Below are positions 38,961-52,238 of a stretch of DNA of 64,000 nt, piece by piece. The first letter of the stretch is position 1. Each line of letters starts with the position of its first letter. A program made the position numbers and the translations under genes. Origin of the DNA: Camelus ferus (Eukaryota); NCBI RefSeq assembly GCF_009834535.1, contig NC_045696.1:102364001-102428000 (forward strand), read 5' to 3'. The notes under the pieces were generated by a model. It saw nothing but the letters and a program-made list of their open reading frames with translations. It did not search any database and was not told the DNA's origin.

Positions 38961-39575
38961 CAGTTGCAGGCCTGGAGCTCTGGAGGCTTCCCAGACCTCA
39001 TCTGTTGTGCCATGTCCTCTGTCCACTGGGCCACATGTAGATCCCCAAAGGTAGGGCTCATCCAGAAAGCCATCTGGAGACCTTGACCCAGACAGAGAGT
39101 GGGCAGTCAACCCACTGTCAGTGTGAGACTGGGGACCAGGCAAGTGAATCCAGAGAGACCAGTCTGTGTGGGAACAGTCAGGCTGCAGTCCATCTTCAGT
39201 ACCTTGGCCAGGCTGGAGACAGCGTGGGTGCAGTCAGCCAAGAGTTGCAGGCAGGAGGCTGGAGCAGAGCCCCAAGGCGCACACTCAAGGGATCTTCAAC
39301 TCATTCACTCTCTGACGTTAGGGGAAGTCACTGACTTTGCTGAGCCTAACCCTCCTCATTTGAAATACAAGAGATACAATACTAAGTTCATAAGGTTATT
39401 ATCAAAATGAAAGATCACATATTTATATGAAGATAGATAGATAGAGCACAATTCAATATGGTGACCCTGAAACTCTCAGTTTATGCTTATTTAATTCCAT
39501 AAAATTTTAAAGAACCCTATTATGAACCAGCCTCGGTGGGAGGGACCAGGATAACTTCAGCTCTTGTGGGACTAA

Positions 39576-39775
39576 CCAATGGTGTGCGAATAAATGTTTA
39601 ACAACCAGCTTTCTGGAGAAAAAGTAAAAAACTACATTATAGCATATGCCAATTTCCATGATGTAACTATTTCCACTGAGGCTGATGTCAGTCTACCAAT
39701 GTGAGGTATCTGAATACAGAGCTGGGAAAAGTTGTGCTGAATCTGCTCTAAGGAGCCTGTCCCAGCTACCCTCTA
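39576..39775. mobile_element. MER63-like hAT relic
   Basis: ccaatggtgtgcgaataaatgtttaacaaccagct...gccaatttccatgatgtaa. Confidence 0.65.
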
Positions 39776-40654
39776 CTAGAAAGAACAAACTCTGACCCCA
39801 AAAGTGTTATAGAAGTAGATGGAGAGGGGAAAACAGGTCGATACAACTTTGGACGGAGAGCAGAGGGTCACCTGGGGGAAGAAGATTTCTGCTGAGACCT
39901 GAAGGAGGCAGAGACATGACCAGGGGAAGAAAACAGCATGTTTTCAGGCCAGGAGGAAAGAGAAGGAAGAAGAAAGGAAAAAAAACATGTTTGAGAAAGG
40001 CCCGGAGCAGGGAAAGGCAAGGCTGTGGGGAAGCAGAGACCAGACCGAGCAGGCGCCAAGTTCCCCAGCTTCCACGACCATAGTACTTACATATTTTTTA
40101 GAACCTTCACTCTGGCTACAGTGTGGGCACTGGGTTGAGAGACAAGAGGGCAAGCAGGGAGATAGGCGTTGGCAGCATCCCAGGTAGAAGATGCTTATGT
40201 CCTGGGCCAGGTTTTATGTAATTCTTTGAAGAGACACTTACCAAGCTTGTACCAGGTACCTATACGTGTGCTAGACCCTGGTGATTCATCAGCGAGAAGG
40301 CTGTCCCAGCCTTCATGGAGCTTACTGGCAAGTGGAGATGTTTTAAAAAATTGGCCCCAACTCTTCCTTTCCCAGTCTACCCACATGGCCCACAACATCG
40401 GCATTAGGATTGTTAAGCACACAGATATGGATATAAAAGCTGTAACTTTGTCTTGTCACCTTCTGAGCAAAGGGAAAGGGAATCTTTTTCTTAATCCCAA
40501 AAATTATCATTTTGACATCTGGTCCAGGATCAGATATCAAAATATAAATTATTCTCCAAAGTTGTTCTTCATAGACCCAAATCAACTGGTTGACCCTGAG
40601 GAATAAAGGTATAAGCAGAGCCAAGTGGCACCCAGCAGGAGGAGTTAGATTGCC

Positions 40655-40711
40655 AGTGTGTGTGGGTGTGTCTGTGTGTGTGTCTGTGTATGTGTGTCTG
40701 TGTGTGTGTGT
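40655..40711. repeat. Imperfect (TG)n
   Basis: Direct tandem repeat. Confidence 0.9.
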
Positions 40712-42426
40712 ATAGAGGAGCTGTGACCTAAGGGTGGGAATCCTCTTCATCTGGTCTTGTAAACAATCAATCTTTGGAAAGATCTGTGTTTAAAACTGAG
40801 GCATTTAATGTCACTGGACTTAAATTTTAATAGGAATACTTTAGAAGGAAGGGAAGATGTTAAACCAGCCTTTTTAAAAAATTGCTGATAAGAGATAGAT
40901 TTAGAATGTCTGAGGAAACATTCTGGGAAGTCATTATTATTTGCATTATCTTTATTGAGAGAAATCTCAGAGACTCAACCTTATCAGCGGTGATAATAGC
41001 ATTTTATTGGCTACTCTGAAGATAAACCTTGGATGTCTCATTTATGAACCAGCCTTGGCTGGACTTTTATCAAGTCTGTCAACTTGCAGCCAAGTTCTTG
41101 ACCAAGGCCTGAATGCCACCAAGATGAAGTCAAGTGTAAACAAGGTATAAACATTCCCACTTACCCCAAAGTGCCTCTCTTATAAAACTCCAGGTGATTG
41201 AGAGACTTTGGGTTCCTCTCTATGTTTCACACCTCAGACACAGGATGCAGTCCCCTGTTAACTCGTATGTTTCTCGCTTCTCGAGTTAAACAAAGGCACT
41301 TCCCAGACACAGCCGTTAGAGTGGGTGTTTCCTGGAAGGCTCGGCCACCAGTGATTCAGAAGATTAACCCCAGAAATTGGATTTTCAAGGCTCTTTCTCA
41401 TCTCTCTCTTCCCTGAGGCTGTTTGGTAGAAATCTCACCTGTGTACAGGAAACAGGAAAAGGAGAAAAACACTGAAGAAATTTCATTTTGTTATCATAAG
41501 CAGACCTCGTACGAAGTTATGTTTAAGTCACAAACCAAAACCATTGGGTACATCATTCCAGTGGCCACTGAGAACTGACTGTAGTTGCTGTCTCCCCACA
41601 GAGATCTAAGACCTCACTGAGTCCTCTTTCCCCCAGTTTCCCTCTTCTAGCTGACAATATAAATATTTTCTGGAAATCAGTGCCAGTACATACCCAGCGG
41701 AGCATTTTGGTTTAGCTTTCTAAAGACTAACCTGGTATGAATAAAGTCTTTCTGTTGAGAAATGAAGGAACTAGATTTTTTTTTAATCACGTCTTTAGGG
41801 GCCCAAGGGGCCTTATCTGAACAGGTCTGAATCTAGCAATTTTTGGCTTTTGAGCCCTTGCTGGGCCTAGCAAGCTCTACAAGGGAAAATCTCACCAGGT
41901 TTAGCGCAACAAAATGAAGTCAGGTTCTGGCTCTGCCATGACCTGAAAGATGTGACGTGGAACACATCATTTATAAATACCCCTTTGAGGCTGAGTTTGC
42001 TCATATATAAAAAACAAATAGTGATACCATTCCAAAGTAACCATCCTCAAATGCAAATTCCATGTTTCATCCCTGCCTCAAACCGGACACTCCCTATTTC
42101 CTATAAGGTGACGTCTGGCTCTGAGCCTGGCCTTCAAGTTCCTTCACTACCTGGCCTTTCCCACCTGCTCTAACCTCATCCCCACCACTGGGTCCCCTCT
42201 TAACGGCCATTCGCACAAACTCTCCGGCAGCCTTGGCTGTTGTCCTGTTTCCCACCTCTGCTTCCTTGCACCTGCTGTTCCTGCTCCACGGCAGTTCTCT
42301 CCCCTCATCCCACCTTCCCCACCAAAAAGCCACCTGCAGCGGGGAAACATCTGCTTATCTTTGAAAACTCAGTTCAAACATCACTTTCAATGAGCAGCTT
42401 TCCCCCAACGCTCCTGGGCGCACGTG

Positions 42427-42447
42427 CACACACACACACACACACGC

Positions 42448-42478
<31 letters not shown>
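42427..42478. repeat. (CA)n microsatellite
   Basis: Direct tandem repeat. Confidence 0.95.
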
Positions 42479-44237
42479 GCGTCTTCGCAGAGTCTCTGGC
42501 TCTGTGACTCAGGTCTTGTTTTATGCTCCCTGCACTTTCTCTAACTCATCTGCCCGTGTCCAATCTGCACAAAGGCCGCGGATAGGCAGCCCATGGCTCT
42601 GGAAGAACGGGGGTCCGTGGGGACAGGAAGGTGGCTTAAGAGTTCATGTGTCACAGTGGACGGAAGAGCCTGGAAGTCAGGAGGGGAGGTGCCCAGAGAC
42701 CCAGTGGGGGCTCTGTGATGGGAGGGGCAGGATGTGGTGGCTGGAAAGGGCCGGCAGTTGCCAGGGAGGCTGCCAAGGAGCCGTCTGTGGTGTTAGCCGT
42801 GGAAGTCTGGGGCTTAACTGAGGTGGATTTGTGAGGTGGGAGGGACTGTGCTGTCTCACAGAAGATCCCTGAGAACAAAGAGGATTATGCAGTTTGAAAA
42901 TCTCCAGTTCCAGAAAACATGGTCCACCCTGATAGTGACCCACTTCACTCACACCAGTTTGACCCTTCCCCCCACTTCTGCCTCATCAGGCCAAGTCCCT
43001 CCTTCCATCCTCAGCGAGGGGACCAACCGTCCTGGCCCGAGGGAAGCTGTGTCCCTAGGGCCGCGCTCCCTGCCTCCGTGCCTCCTTCCTCCCCGCCCTG
43101 CTCCCGTCCTCTGTCTTCGCTGCCCTCAGTCCGTGTTGGTCACCTCTGTTCTATCTCTCTGGTCGTTTCCCCCCTTTCCTCTGGCTGTTTCAGGGGCCCT
43201 GTCCCCACGCAAACCTCACTCAGGCCCCCCTCACCTTTCCTGCATCTCCTTTATTGGGCTTTTTCAGCCCTTTAGTTCATTCCCTTCAATATTTGCTAGC
43301 ATGAATATCTTTTCTCTTCAATATCATTTCCTTTTTGTCTTCTGGGACCCTTCAGCTCTGCCACGCTGCCTGACTTGACTTCTTTCTGCCACTGCGTCCC
43401 TTCGTTGGACCAGCACCACTTAAGCCCTGCTGTGTTCCAGGCAGTGTGCCAAGTGCTAGGGAAACGAAGATGCAGGAGCCTGTTTCATAAAGCCGGGCAC
43501 GGCCATCATCCAGAGAAGCCTGGGCGGGGGGACCGAGCGGGCCGCTGGAAAGTTGTGGGACGTTCCCACCGAGGGGTCAAGGACAAGACTGACCCCGCAG
43601 GGCCTGTCTGTCTCCTCACCACGGCTCTTCAGAAACCATTTCTGCTCTCTTGTTGATTTCTCTGAATCTCCAGGTTGCGTTAAGTCTAAACTTTGCGTGA
43701 ATAGAACAGGAAGGAATTCGTACCCTTAAAGGAGAGAGAGAGACACCTATAGTTTAAATGTGACAGATTTTCAAGACTCCCAAAATATGCATTTTGCATA
43801 GATGTCCAGATTTAGTCAGCAAGTCAGAACAATTTGAGAGACACGAAGGCGTGTTTTTGAAGCCACAGCTGACCATACACCAGTCCTGTGGTCACTTTGT
43901 AGGATTAGCCAAGTTTCGCAAATGAGAAAATGTGGAAATACAAGCACTGAAAGATTTTCCAAGGTCGCCCTGAAGGCCGTGATGGAGAGGGTTAGGGGCT
44001 GAGTGCTCCCTCTTGGGCCTGTTTCTGAGCTACTGTACAACACAGCTTCCTGAATGCAGATGTTAAACAGGTTTTCGCCATTAAAGTAAGAGTAAAAATG
44101 TTCTTATTTTGGCCATATTTCAGTGCCAGTCTCCTAGGGAAAGCGGGCCCCGTTGTAGGGAAATTAATTACTTCAAGCTCCTGGAATATGCATCAATCCG
44201 ACTTCTTTTGCCTCACTAAAGAGTGCTTTGGACTTTA

Positions 44238-44730
44238 GAGAGAGGTCCTCAAACTTTACTGCTCATTAAAATACCTGGGAGCTTTTGAAAACCTTAATGC
44301 TCAGACCTCACCCTCGACCAGATTGGAAACTCTGAGTGGAACCCAAGCACCATTGTTTTTTAAAACCCTTCGATACACAGTGAACTTTGAGAACCAGCAC
44401 TGTCGGAACCACACCCTGGGATCAGCTGTAGAGTTTCAACCATGACTGATGTTTGCATTGGGATTTCATTGGTTCGGGGTGTGGTCTGCGGTTGTTAAAA
44501 ATCTCCAAATGATTCCAATATGCAACCAAGTTCAAGAGCGGCTGCTGAGGGGCCTCACCACTCAAAGCATAGCTCCATGGACCAGGAGCTGGACCAGGAG
44601 CATGGGCATCGCCTGAGAGCCCTTTGGAAATGCAGAATCTCAGGCCCCTCCCCAAACCTGCTGACTCTGAATCTGCATTTTAATAAGATCCTCAGGTGAT
44701 TTGGTTGCATATTCAAGTTTGAGGAGCATT
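44238..44730. mobile_element. Cluster of three MER5-type MITEs
   Basis: Repeated MER5 signatures: ggtcctcaaacttt...tttgagaaccagc; ...tgattccaatatgcaaccaagtt; gaaatgcagaatctcaggcccc...aatctgcattttaataagatcctcaggtgatt. Confidence 0.8.
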
Positions 44731-44879
44731 CTTTTAGATCAATGCTCCTTCCAAAGTAAAAAAATTTAGGAAGTAAAAAAGTTTTTACATTTTGAAACAC
44801 TGGAGGTTTATCTCCTTCTTCCAATAAGGTAGGGAATAGGCACAAGAGTGAATCGCAGGATTTTAGAAATGGAAATAAT

Positions 44880-45140
44880 AACAGCTAGTAATAAGAAATA
44901 GTATCTAGCATTTATTAGCATTCACTGTATACAAGCTACTTCGCATGCCAAGCACTCCACCTGCCCTGCTTTGTTTGCTATTCACCTCCTATGATACAGG
45001 TACAAGCACCGTGCCCATTTCACAGCTGACCCAACTCTGCTCGGCCCTAGGTGAACAGCTGCAAGACCACGCAATAGACAGAGGGAGGACTCCCCACAAG
45101 ATTTCCAGGCCTTGAAAGCACACGCTCTTAACCACTTGGT
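44880..45140 (-). mobile_element. MIR
   Basis: tagcatttattagcattcactgt...cccattttcacagctga...ctcttaaccact. Confidence 0.7.
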
Positions 45141-45434
45141 CTGACTTTCCCAGCCGAACATTCTAAATGGGTTACAGATGTGCCAAGATATTGGTGCCCT
45201 CAGTCCCCGGTCAGTCTAGCGGGGCCTGGGAGGAGGGACATCCACTACAGAAAAAAGATCAGGTGGCTCCACTCTAAATTACACTTTTTCCAAATTATAC
45301 TTGTTGCCCTTTGTCGGACAAAGAGGAAGCTGTGTCTTCTAAGGCTTAAGAGACTTGCCTAAGGTCATGCAGCCTCGCAAAGCCAGGATGGGCCCAGAGC
45401 CCAGAATCCCAACTGCCTGATGTCTCCTCCCACT

Positions 45435-45575
45435 AGGCTGCGTTTCTCCAAGTGTGGTCTCCAGACCAGGGGCGGCAGCAGCATTTGGGGGTTGTGAGAA
45501 ATGCAGATGTCCAGGTCCCACCCCGCAAGCCGTTTAACAAGCCCGATGCTTGCTTCTCTGAGAGCCAGAGCACTA
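45435..45575. mobile_element. MER5A-like MITE
   Basis: tttctccaagtgtggtctccagaccagg...gaaatgcagatgtccagg. Confidence 0.7.
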
Positions 45576-45889
45576 AGGCAAGCAGCCCCAGCGGCCCGGC
45601 CAGCGTGCGGGCTCACGGCTCCGGCGTGAGCCCCTGCTACAGGCTGCAGCTTCTCTGCAAAATAAAGATTTCTTACGGGGCTTAGCTTTGAACCAAGCTG
45701 AAATGTAAGTGCTGATTTAATCTTCTTAGGGCTTCTTTACCCCCATGACAGGAAAGAACTGTCATGCTCTAGAACAGAGGAAGAAAATGATGGATAACAG
45801 ATGAAATATTAAGCACTCTTCCCATGCCTTCAGCCCACTTTCTGCTAGGACAGCAAACACGTGGGCATCAGAAAAGGGAAAGAGAACTG

Positions 45890-46070
45890 GCATTTCTTGA
45901 GCACCTCCTGTATGCCAAGCATCAGGCGTGCTGTGATACAGCATATATGCCTTGCTCACCCATCATCTCATGTGATAGACTGATCCCTGCCTGAGAAATG
46001 AGGAAACTGAGGTTCAGAGAGATAAAGCGACTTGACTGAAATCACAAAGTGGCAATGGTAGGTAGCCCCA
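45890..46070 (-). mobile_element. MIR
   Basis: atgaggaaactgaggttcagagagataaagcgacttg. Confidence 0.8.
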
Positions 46071-47544
46071 GGGTTTTTCCAACAGCCTGTGCTCTGGTGT
46101 TTCTCGCCCTCCAGCAGGAAAGGTAAAGAGCTTAGGACACACGCAGTGTCTGGAATGATTGGGTCGGAATTCCCAGAGCAAGCTCCCAAAACAGCTCCAC
46201 CTACTCAAAGCCCCTGGGATGCCTCATTCAACAGCCCTATGTTCTGTATCCTCACTGCACCACGGAAGCCGCTCTCAAAGCATGGAACAGACCGACCACG
46301 AGAACTGAAATAGTTCAGCTGTGCTCGAGCACCCTGAAACACTTAGAAATCTGTTCTTAACCGGCAGCATCTGTTCCAAGGCAGCAGGTCCTGCGTTGCC
46401 AAGACCCTGCTACGCGTCCTTGAGCTTTGCTCTTCAGAAGACCAGGTAACCTCTTGGCCACATCTCAAACTTGGGAAATGAACTCCCAAGAGAAAGGAAC
46501 ACATGGAGGCAGTGCTAGTGAGCCATGGCCTCCCCACCTCCCCAGTAAGAGCTCTTGTTCGTGCTGTTAAATGCAACAAGGCTCTGAGCTAGGATCCAAC
46601 CAGTACAACAAAAAGGACACCAGTGAATTCAACCACAGGATGAGACAGATGTCTGGTTAAAGGGTAGCAATGGGTTGCAGATCCGTACAGACTTCCTTCC
46701 CTGTCTCTTTGCCCCAGTGCCTGCCCAGCACAACCTCTGAACACCCACTTCCTGACTGCCATGTCCATCCACGGGACAGACACACCCTGGTTAATCTGGA
46801 CCCCAGGATGTGAGAAGCCCTTCCGACACTTGGTCCAGGTAGATAAGTTCTACAGAGAAAGTTTTGTCTCAGCCCTTCTCACTCATGCAAAGAGTAATTT
46901 TATTTGGATTAGATGCTCTGGTCAAAATGCAGATCAATATTTCTGTAAGGACCTCCATGGGCCGTTTTCCCCCTTGTTTGAGGTTAAGTCAGGGATTCTG
47001 AAAATCTGCATCCAGCGCAAGGGTTACCGTGTACTTGCCAATATCGGGACTCCAAGTTCCACTTCCCATTGCCCCTTCCAGGTACATACTATGGCCGACT
47101 CAAAGTCAAGAAAAAAGTTATTCAGACATGATGGACAATGGTGTCTCAATTGTACAATTACAATAATACGATTAACAATTGTAAGCCCTTGAAACAGGAG
47201 TGATGATGGAAAGACCCACAATGGTACCCACATGTCAGAGAATGTGGGGCTTCATTTCCCAGTGAGTAGCAGGGGCCGTGAGCAGCTATGTGAGGGGGTG
47301 TTGGAGAGGCAGGAGCCTTTGTATGTTTAGCTCAATTGTTGTGTTTCATATTATGAAAAGATGTTGCTATGTAATTACAGTAATATTGGAAATGGTCTGA
47401 AGTATAATTAAAAAACCACTTGACTAAAAGAAGAATGAAAGGTGAGAATGGTCTAGAAAAGGGCATAGGTGATTAAAAAGGTTAGCTGTTGAATGGATAT
47501 GAGAGGCTGCAGATACACTGTCAGTGGTGGATTGTTGGTGGGGC

Positions 47545-47760
47545 AAAGTTTCTTTAAGAACTATTTTTCAAGAATGTCTTAGAGTCTGTTAACATTTACT
47601 GAGCATAGTCTCATGGGCTGTTTTATTTAATCTTTCCCAAACCATTTATCATTCCCACATAATAGATGAGGAATATGAGGCTCACAGTGGTTAATGGACT
47701 AGCCTGAGATTACAGAACTGATTAATGGCATGGGAGATCCTTGAATGCAGGTCTCTTTCT
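47545..47760 (-). mobile_element. MIR
   Basis: atagatgaggaatatgaggctcacagtggttaatggactagcc. Confidence 0.75.
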
Positions 47761-47784
47761 TTTAGCTTCTACTGCTTTGTGTAT

Positions 47785-48195
47785 CAGGAAACCCACCTAA
47801 AAGTGCCTACAAGGACAGGGGAGACAGGGCAAATAAATGGAAGCTGCCAGATTTGAGGGGGTGGGGGGAGTGAAGTAAAAGCAATCAATATATGGCTTCA
47901 GTGTCAGGGAGATATTAGGGATTGGTGGGGACTATGGCAAAGTGGAAAATTATAGACAACATCTAAAGTGAACAGCTGGTACTCAGAACCAACTGTTTGT
48001 TACCTTTCAGGAGTGCAGACTCGATTGCCAGATCTGCTGATTGTTCAGATTTTCATATAAGGTTTCCTGTTAGTTTCTTTTAATGTTAGCTCAAAAAAAA
48101 ATCTTAAATATCAGATGTTTACCTGTTCCATCAACAGGCAAAACAAAACCTATCTGCAAACTAATTTCAGTTCATGGACTTCCAGAGGTAACTTC
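47785..48195. mobile_element. MER102-like hAT-Charlie relic
   Basis: aaaagtgcctacaaggacagg...ggactatggcaaagtgga...ttgccagatctgctgatt...ggcaaaacaaaacctatctgc. Confidence 0.6.
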
Positions 48196-48399
48196 AGCTT
48201 TTTCTCAACCAATAACATCAAATCTTTCCATTTTATCACAGATAAGACTTCATGATCTGATCAGCTCCTCATCTTGTACATGAAAAATTTTACAATAAGG
48301 GATAAACACTAATTGAAATTGTCAATATCAATCCTCAGATAATGTTATTTTTGACATAATTCTATTTCCTATATGGGACATGTGTAGGAAAAAACATGT

Positions 48400-48600
48400 C
48401 ATCCACTCAAGGTTAGAATCCCAGTCCTGCTAAGTAGGAGTGGTGTGACTTTAAAGCAAGCAACTTAATCTCTCTGAGTACTCAGTTTCTTCGTCTGCAA
48501 AACGGAGACATTGACATGTGAATTATAAAGTTGAAACAAGATTTAAATAAGGCAATTATTAGAAGTTGTAGTATACGAAGCTCATCAGAAAGAGCTCAGG
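48400..48600 (+). mobile_element. MIR
   Basis: gtgtgactttaaagcaagcaacttaatctctctgagtactcagtttcttcgtctgcaaaacgg. Confidence 0.8.
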
Positions 48601-48879
48601 CAAGACTCTAGGGGTTGCCACTGCCCACCCTCCACCCCTCTACCCTCCCTCATCTGTAAATTTCTTTTCTTTGGGTGTTGGGACATCCCACTTAGAATAC
48701 AACTTATTTTCTCAAAAAGTGAATGTAAAGTAGAAACTGGAACTTCTACTTTTGTCTGAAGCAGGCTCTTGCACTAGACTTCTGCACGTCCTTGGCACAC
48801 ACTGGGCCCCTTGTTTGGCTGTCGTCTTGCCTTATCATGATTTGAAAATGCACAGTCAGGATTTGAGCGTTACCCGACT

Positions 48880-49760
48880 CTAGAGGAAGAACCCAGATTT
48901 TTCCTTCCTGAGTGGGGAAAAGCCAAATTCTTCCCTTCTGTGTTTCTTCCCTGTGAGTCTCCTTTACTGTGAGTCACTCAGCCCACTTCACTTCCGACAT
49001 TTCTGGTCACCAGATGTGGAGGAGGGCTTCCCCACAGCAACGAGCAAGTCTTGGGCACCAGCTGGGTGTCCTACAGTTCACTCAGTGCTGACACCATCTA
49101 CCAGGAGATAGCATCAGATCTCACAGGTAGGGGCTCAGTCCCACAAGACCACTCCCCTCACCCCACTTCAGATGCGGGTCGCAAGCCCACATTATCCCTT
49201 GTGCTATTCATTGGAAGTTCCCCTGGTTTGATCAACTTGCCAGAGAGGCTCCCAGAACTCAGGGAAATCCTTACATTTACCAGTTTGTTAAGGGATATGA
49301 TAAAAGATACAGACAAGCAGAAGATGAAGAAGCGCACAGGGCAAGGTCTGGGAGGGTCCGAGCACAGAAGCGTCTGTCCTGGTGGAGCTGGGGTGCATCG
49401 CCCTCCTGGTGTAGATGTTTGTCCATCTGGACGCTCTCCAAACCCCTGCTAGAGGGGATTTCAGGAGGCTTCCTCATGGAGTCATGACCAGTTTTTAATT
49501 CCATTTCCGGCCCCTCTCCCCTCCCTGGGGGATGTCAGGTGGAGATGAAAATTCTGTGTCTAGTCATGTTAGTCCTTCTGGTGACCAGCCCCCATCCAGG
49601 AGCCACCAGGGAGCCCACCCAGAGTGACTTCATTAGAACAAAAGATGCTCCTAGTGCTCTTATCCCTTAGAAATTTACAGGGGATTCAGGAGGCCTTGTG
49701 TCAGGAACCAGGGTCAAAGACATATATATACATACGGGTTTTTTGCCTTTAATCTCACAC
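48880..49760 (-). mobile_element. MER21-like ERV solo LTR
   Basis: tctggtcaccagatgtg...caccagctgggtgtcctacagttca...tgacaccatctaccaggagatagcatcagatc...cattagaacaaaagatgctcct...aatctcaca. Confidence 0.8.
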
Positions 49761-51774
49761 CTAATATAGGTGTTTTGTCAGTTGAAAACAGGCAGAAAGC
49801 CAAGGTGCCTACATCTCTTCCCCTTCCCCCATCAGTTGCCTAAATTCAACATGTTCTTCCCCACTGTAAACACCAGCAGCTACAAGAGAGGGTAGAAACC
49901 TGGGGTTTAGTTTTCTTTAGTTTTCTTTGAGGTTAAGTGAATCCCACAGCAATGAAAAATCAATATTGTATTTGGTCAGATAGACATTATTAAAGCACCT
50001 AGATTAAATGGAACATAATTAATAGTCCATTGATTTTTTTTATCTAATGTTTTGTAATTTAGTTTGTAAGAAACAGTTATTCACAAGGCACCAAGTTCTT
50101 GATTTGGCTGAGTATATTCTACAGCATTTCATATGAATTTATGTTTCATCATCTCATCTTATTTGTTCTATTTGTTTGTATAGATACGCATAAGAAAAGA
50201 AGATTATAAAAATTTTCTTCCCTTTTTTTACTGTCTGGTCCCTAATTGAATGTTCAGTTTTAACCAAGCATTTCAATACCTCCCATAAGGATTACAGAGG
50301 CATTCAAAACACTGGCTTTTGCTAAAAGATGGAATTCTTCAGTACTAATAAATACTGTAGGAATCACATTTTAAAATCTGATCATGGAGATTAAACCACC
50401 TTCTGATTCTGAGACTACCCGCTGCTTCAGTGTCACATTATTCAGGAATTTCCAATTCCAGCCCAGATAAGACTCAGATAAGCTCCCATGATTGACAGTA
50501 GTGTACTAAATTTCACAGCCACCAACCTCCATCTCAGATCACATTCAACAACAGAAAGGGAACTTGTACAATGATGTGCAGCCCTCAGGTGGGTTCCATT
50601 TTGAAGTTCCTCTCTCCCATAAGCACCGAGGATCCTGAAGACAATTAGCAGGAAAATGCCGATTAAGACAATAACAGCACAGCCAGAGAATGATAAACAG
50701 CATGGATTAGTCTCCCCTCTCAAGCCGTTTCCAAAAGTATCCACTCATGACAGGTTTCCCATCCAAAGGTGTGATTGCAAAGCTAACGTTATGCACATAC
50801 TATTGATTTTTGGTGGAGTGAAGGCAAATAATATGAAAATAATGTTAAGAATGAGGAATACATGCAGATGCACATAACTGCCAGCCCACTTGTTAAACCC
50901 TGCCCGAACTAGTGCATACAAGTAGGTCCCTGTAAGTCGATGCAAACCAGGGCAGCTCCCCTGGCAGGAGACATTAACCTGCAGGAGAAATCTTGCAGAC
51001 AAGTGATACATTTTAGCCAAGCAGCTGTATATATTATTTATGAATTGATATAAGCGTAGAGATACATGGGGAGAGGAAAGCATATTACACTTATCCTTAA
51101 ACATACTCCAAAATAAAGAGAGATGGGAAGAGACATTTATACCCACACATTCTCCAATTTAAAGAGTCTCTTCCTCCACCCCCACCCTGACCCCTCCAAA
51201 AAAAAAAAAAAACTGATCTCTATTTACAGCTCCAGGGCCTTAATGCAGTTCAGTGCCTTCTATTTTATCCCCCAGCAAGTGTAGCATTAACCAGCCCCGG
51301 GTTCCTGTCTCAGTTAAGACCACCCATGCCACAGCCAGAGCAGTGCCTTCAGGGCACAGAGGGATCAGGGGATTCACGTGTGTCACTTGGTCCAAAAAGC
51401 ACCAGGGTCTTGCATTTTGAGAAAGGGAGGCAGATTTCCCTCCCTAGGCATCCACTTAGATGTGAACCCCATTTTAGACAGTGGAACTTGTTTGTTTAGA
51501 GTTATGGAATGAGAGGTCAAGAAGGAAACTTCTAGATCATCCAATCCACAGCTCTCGTTTACAACTCTGGGACATCCCCCAGCCACAAAGACTGCCCCAG
51601 AAACACAGGAAAACGCAACAGAGGACCTCCCTGTGGCCAGAAAGAGGCAAGAGGTAACAGAAAGAACAAGGGTTCAGGAACCAGGCTGAGTTGTATTCAG
51701 ATCACAGATGTATAAACTGAGCCAAATCCCTACCCTTTCTGGTCCTCAGGTTACTCACCTGTCTGATGGAGATA

Positions 51775-51940
51775 ATAGTATAAATTCACAACCTGTCTTC
51801 AGGCGTTCAGAAATCCAAGCTGCCCTGAAAACCAGAAGTGTTTCCTAATTTCTTTGGTGGCAAAAGTCAGCCCGGACTGAGCTTACTCGGAGGTAAAGAC
51901 TGACATGATGAGGCTGCAGATGGTCGTTATTGATCCTGTC
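51775..51940. mobile_element. MER46C/Tigger-like fragment
   Basis: cagaaatccaagctgccctgaaaaccagaagtgtttcc...tttggtggcaaaa. Confidence 0.5.
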
Positions 51941-52094
51941 GCGGCCGAGCACCACGCCGGGGGCAGTGCAGGAAGGGCACTGGCTCTGTGTCCTCATCCC
52001 ATGTGCTCAGTGAAGAGGCTTCCCATACTTCTAAACCCCTATCTCATCCTGCTGTTCTGGCTGAAGGAGTAGGCTAGGCCAAGAGGATGGCTCG

Positions 52095-52095
52095 C

Positions 52096-52150
<55 letters not shown>

Positions 52151-52238
52151 CTCTTTCTCTCTTTCTCTCTTTCTCTCTTTCTCTCTCTCTTTCTCTCTTT
52201 CTCTCTTTCTCTCTTTCTCTCTTTCTTTCTTTCTTTTT
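52095..52238. repeat. Compound (CTTT)n/(CT)n polypyrimidine microsatellite
   Basis: About 140 nt of C/T-only tandem repeat. Confidence 0.97.

Noticed and set aside
42240..43378. Longest ORFs in the track (193 aa and 180 aa)
   Set aside because: GC-rich, low-complexity open frames crossing a (CA)n repeat, with no recognisable domain or exon structure.
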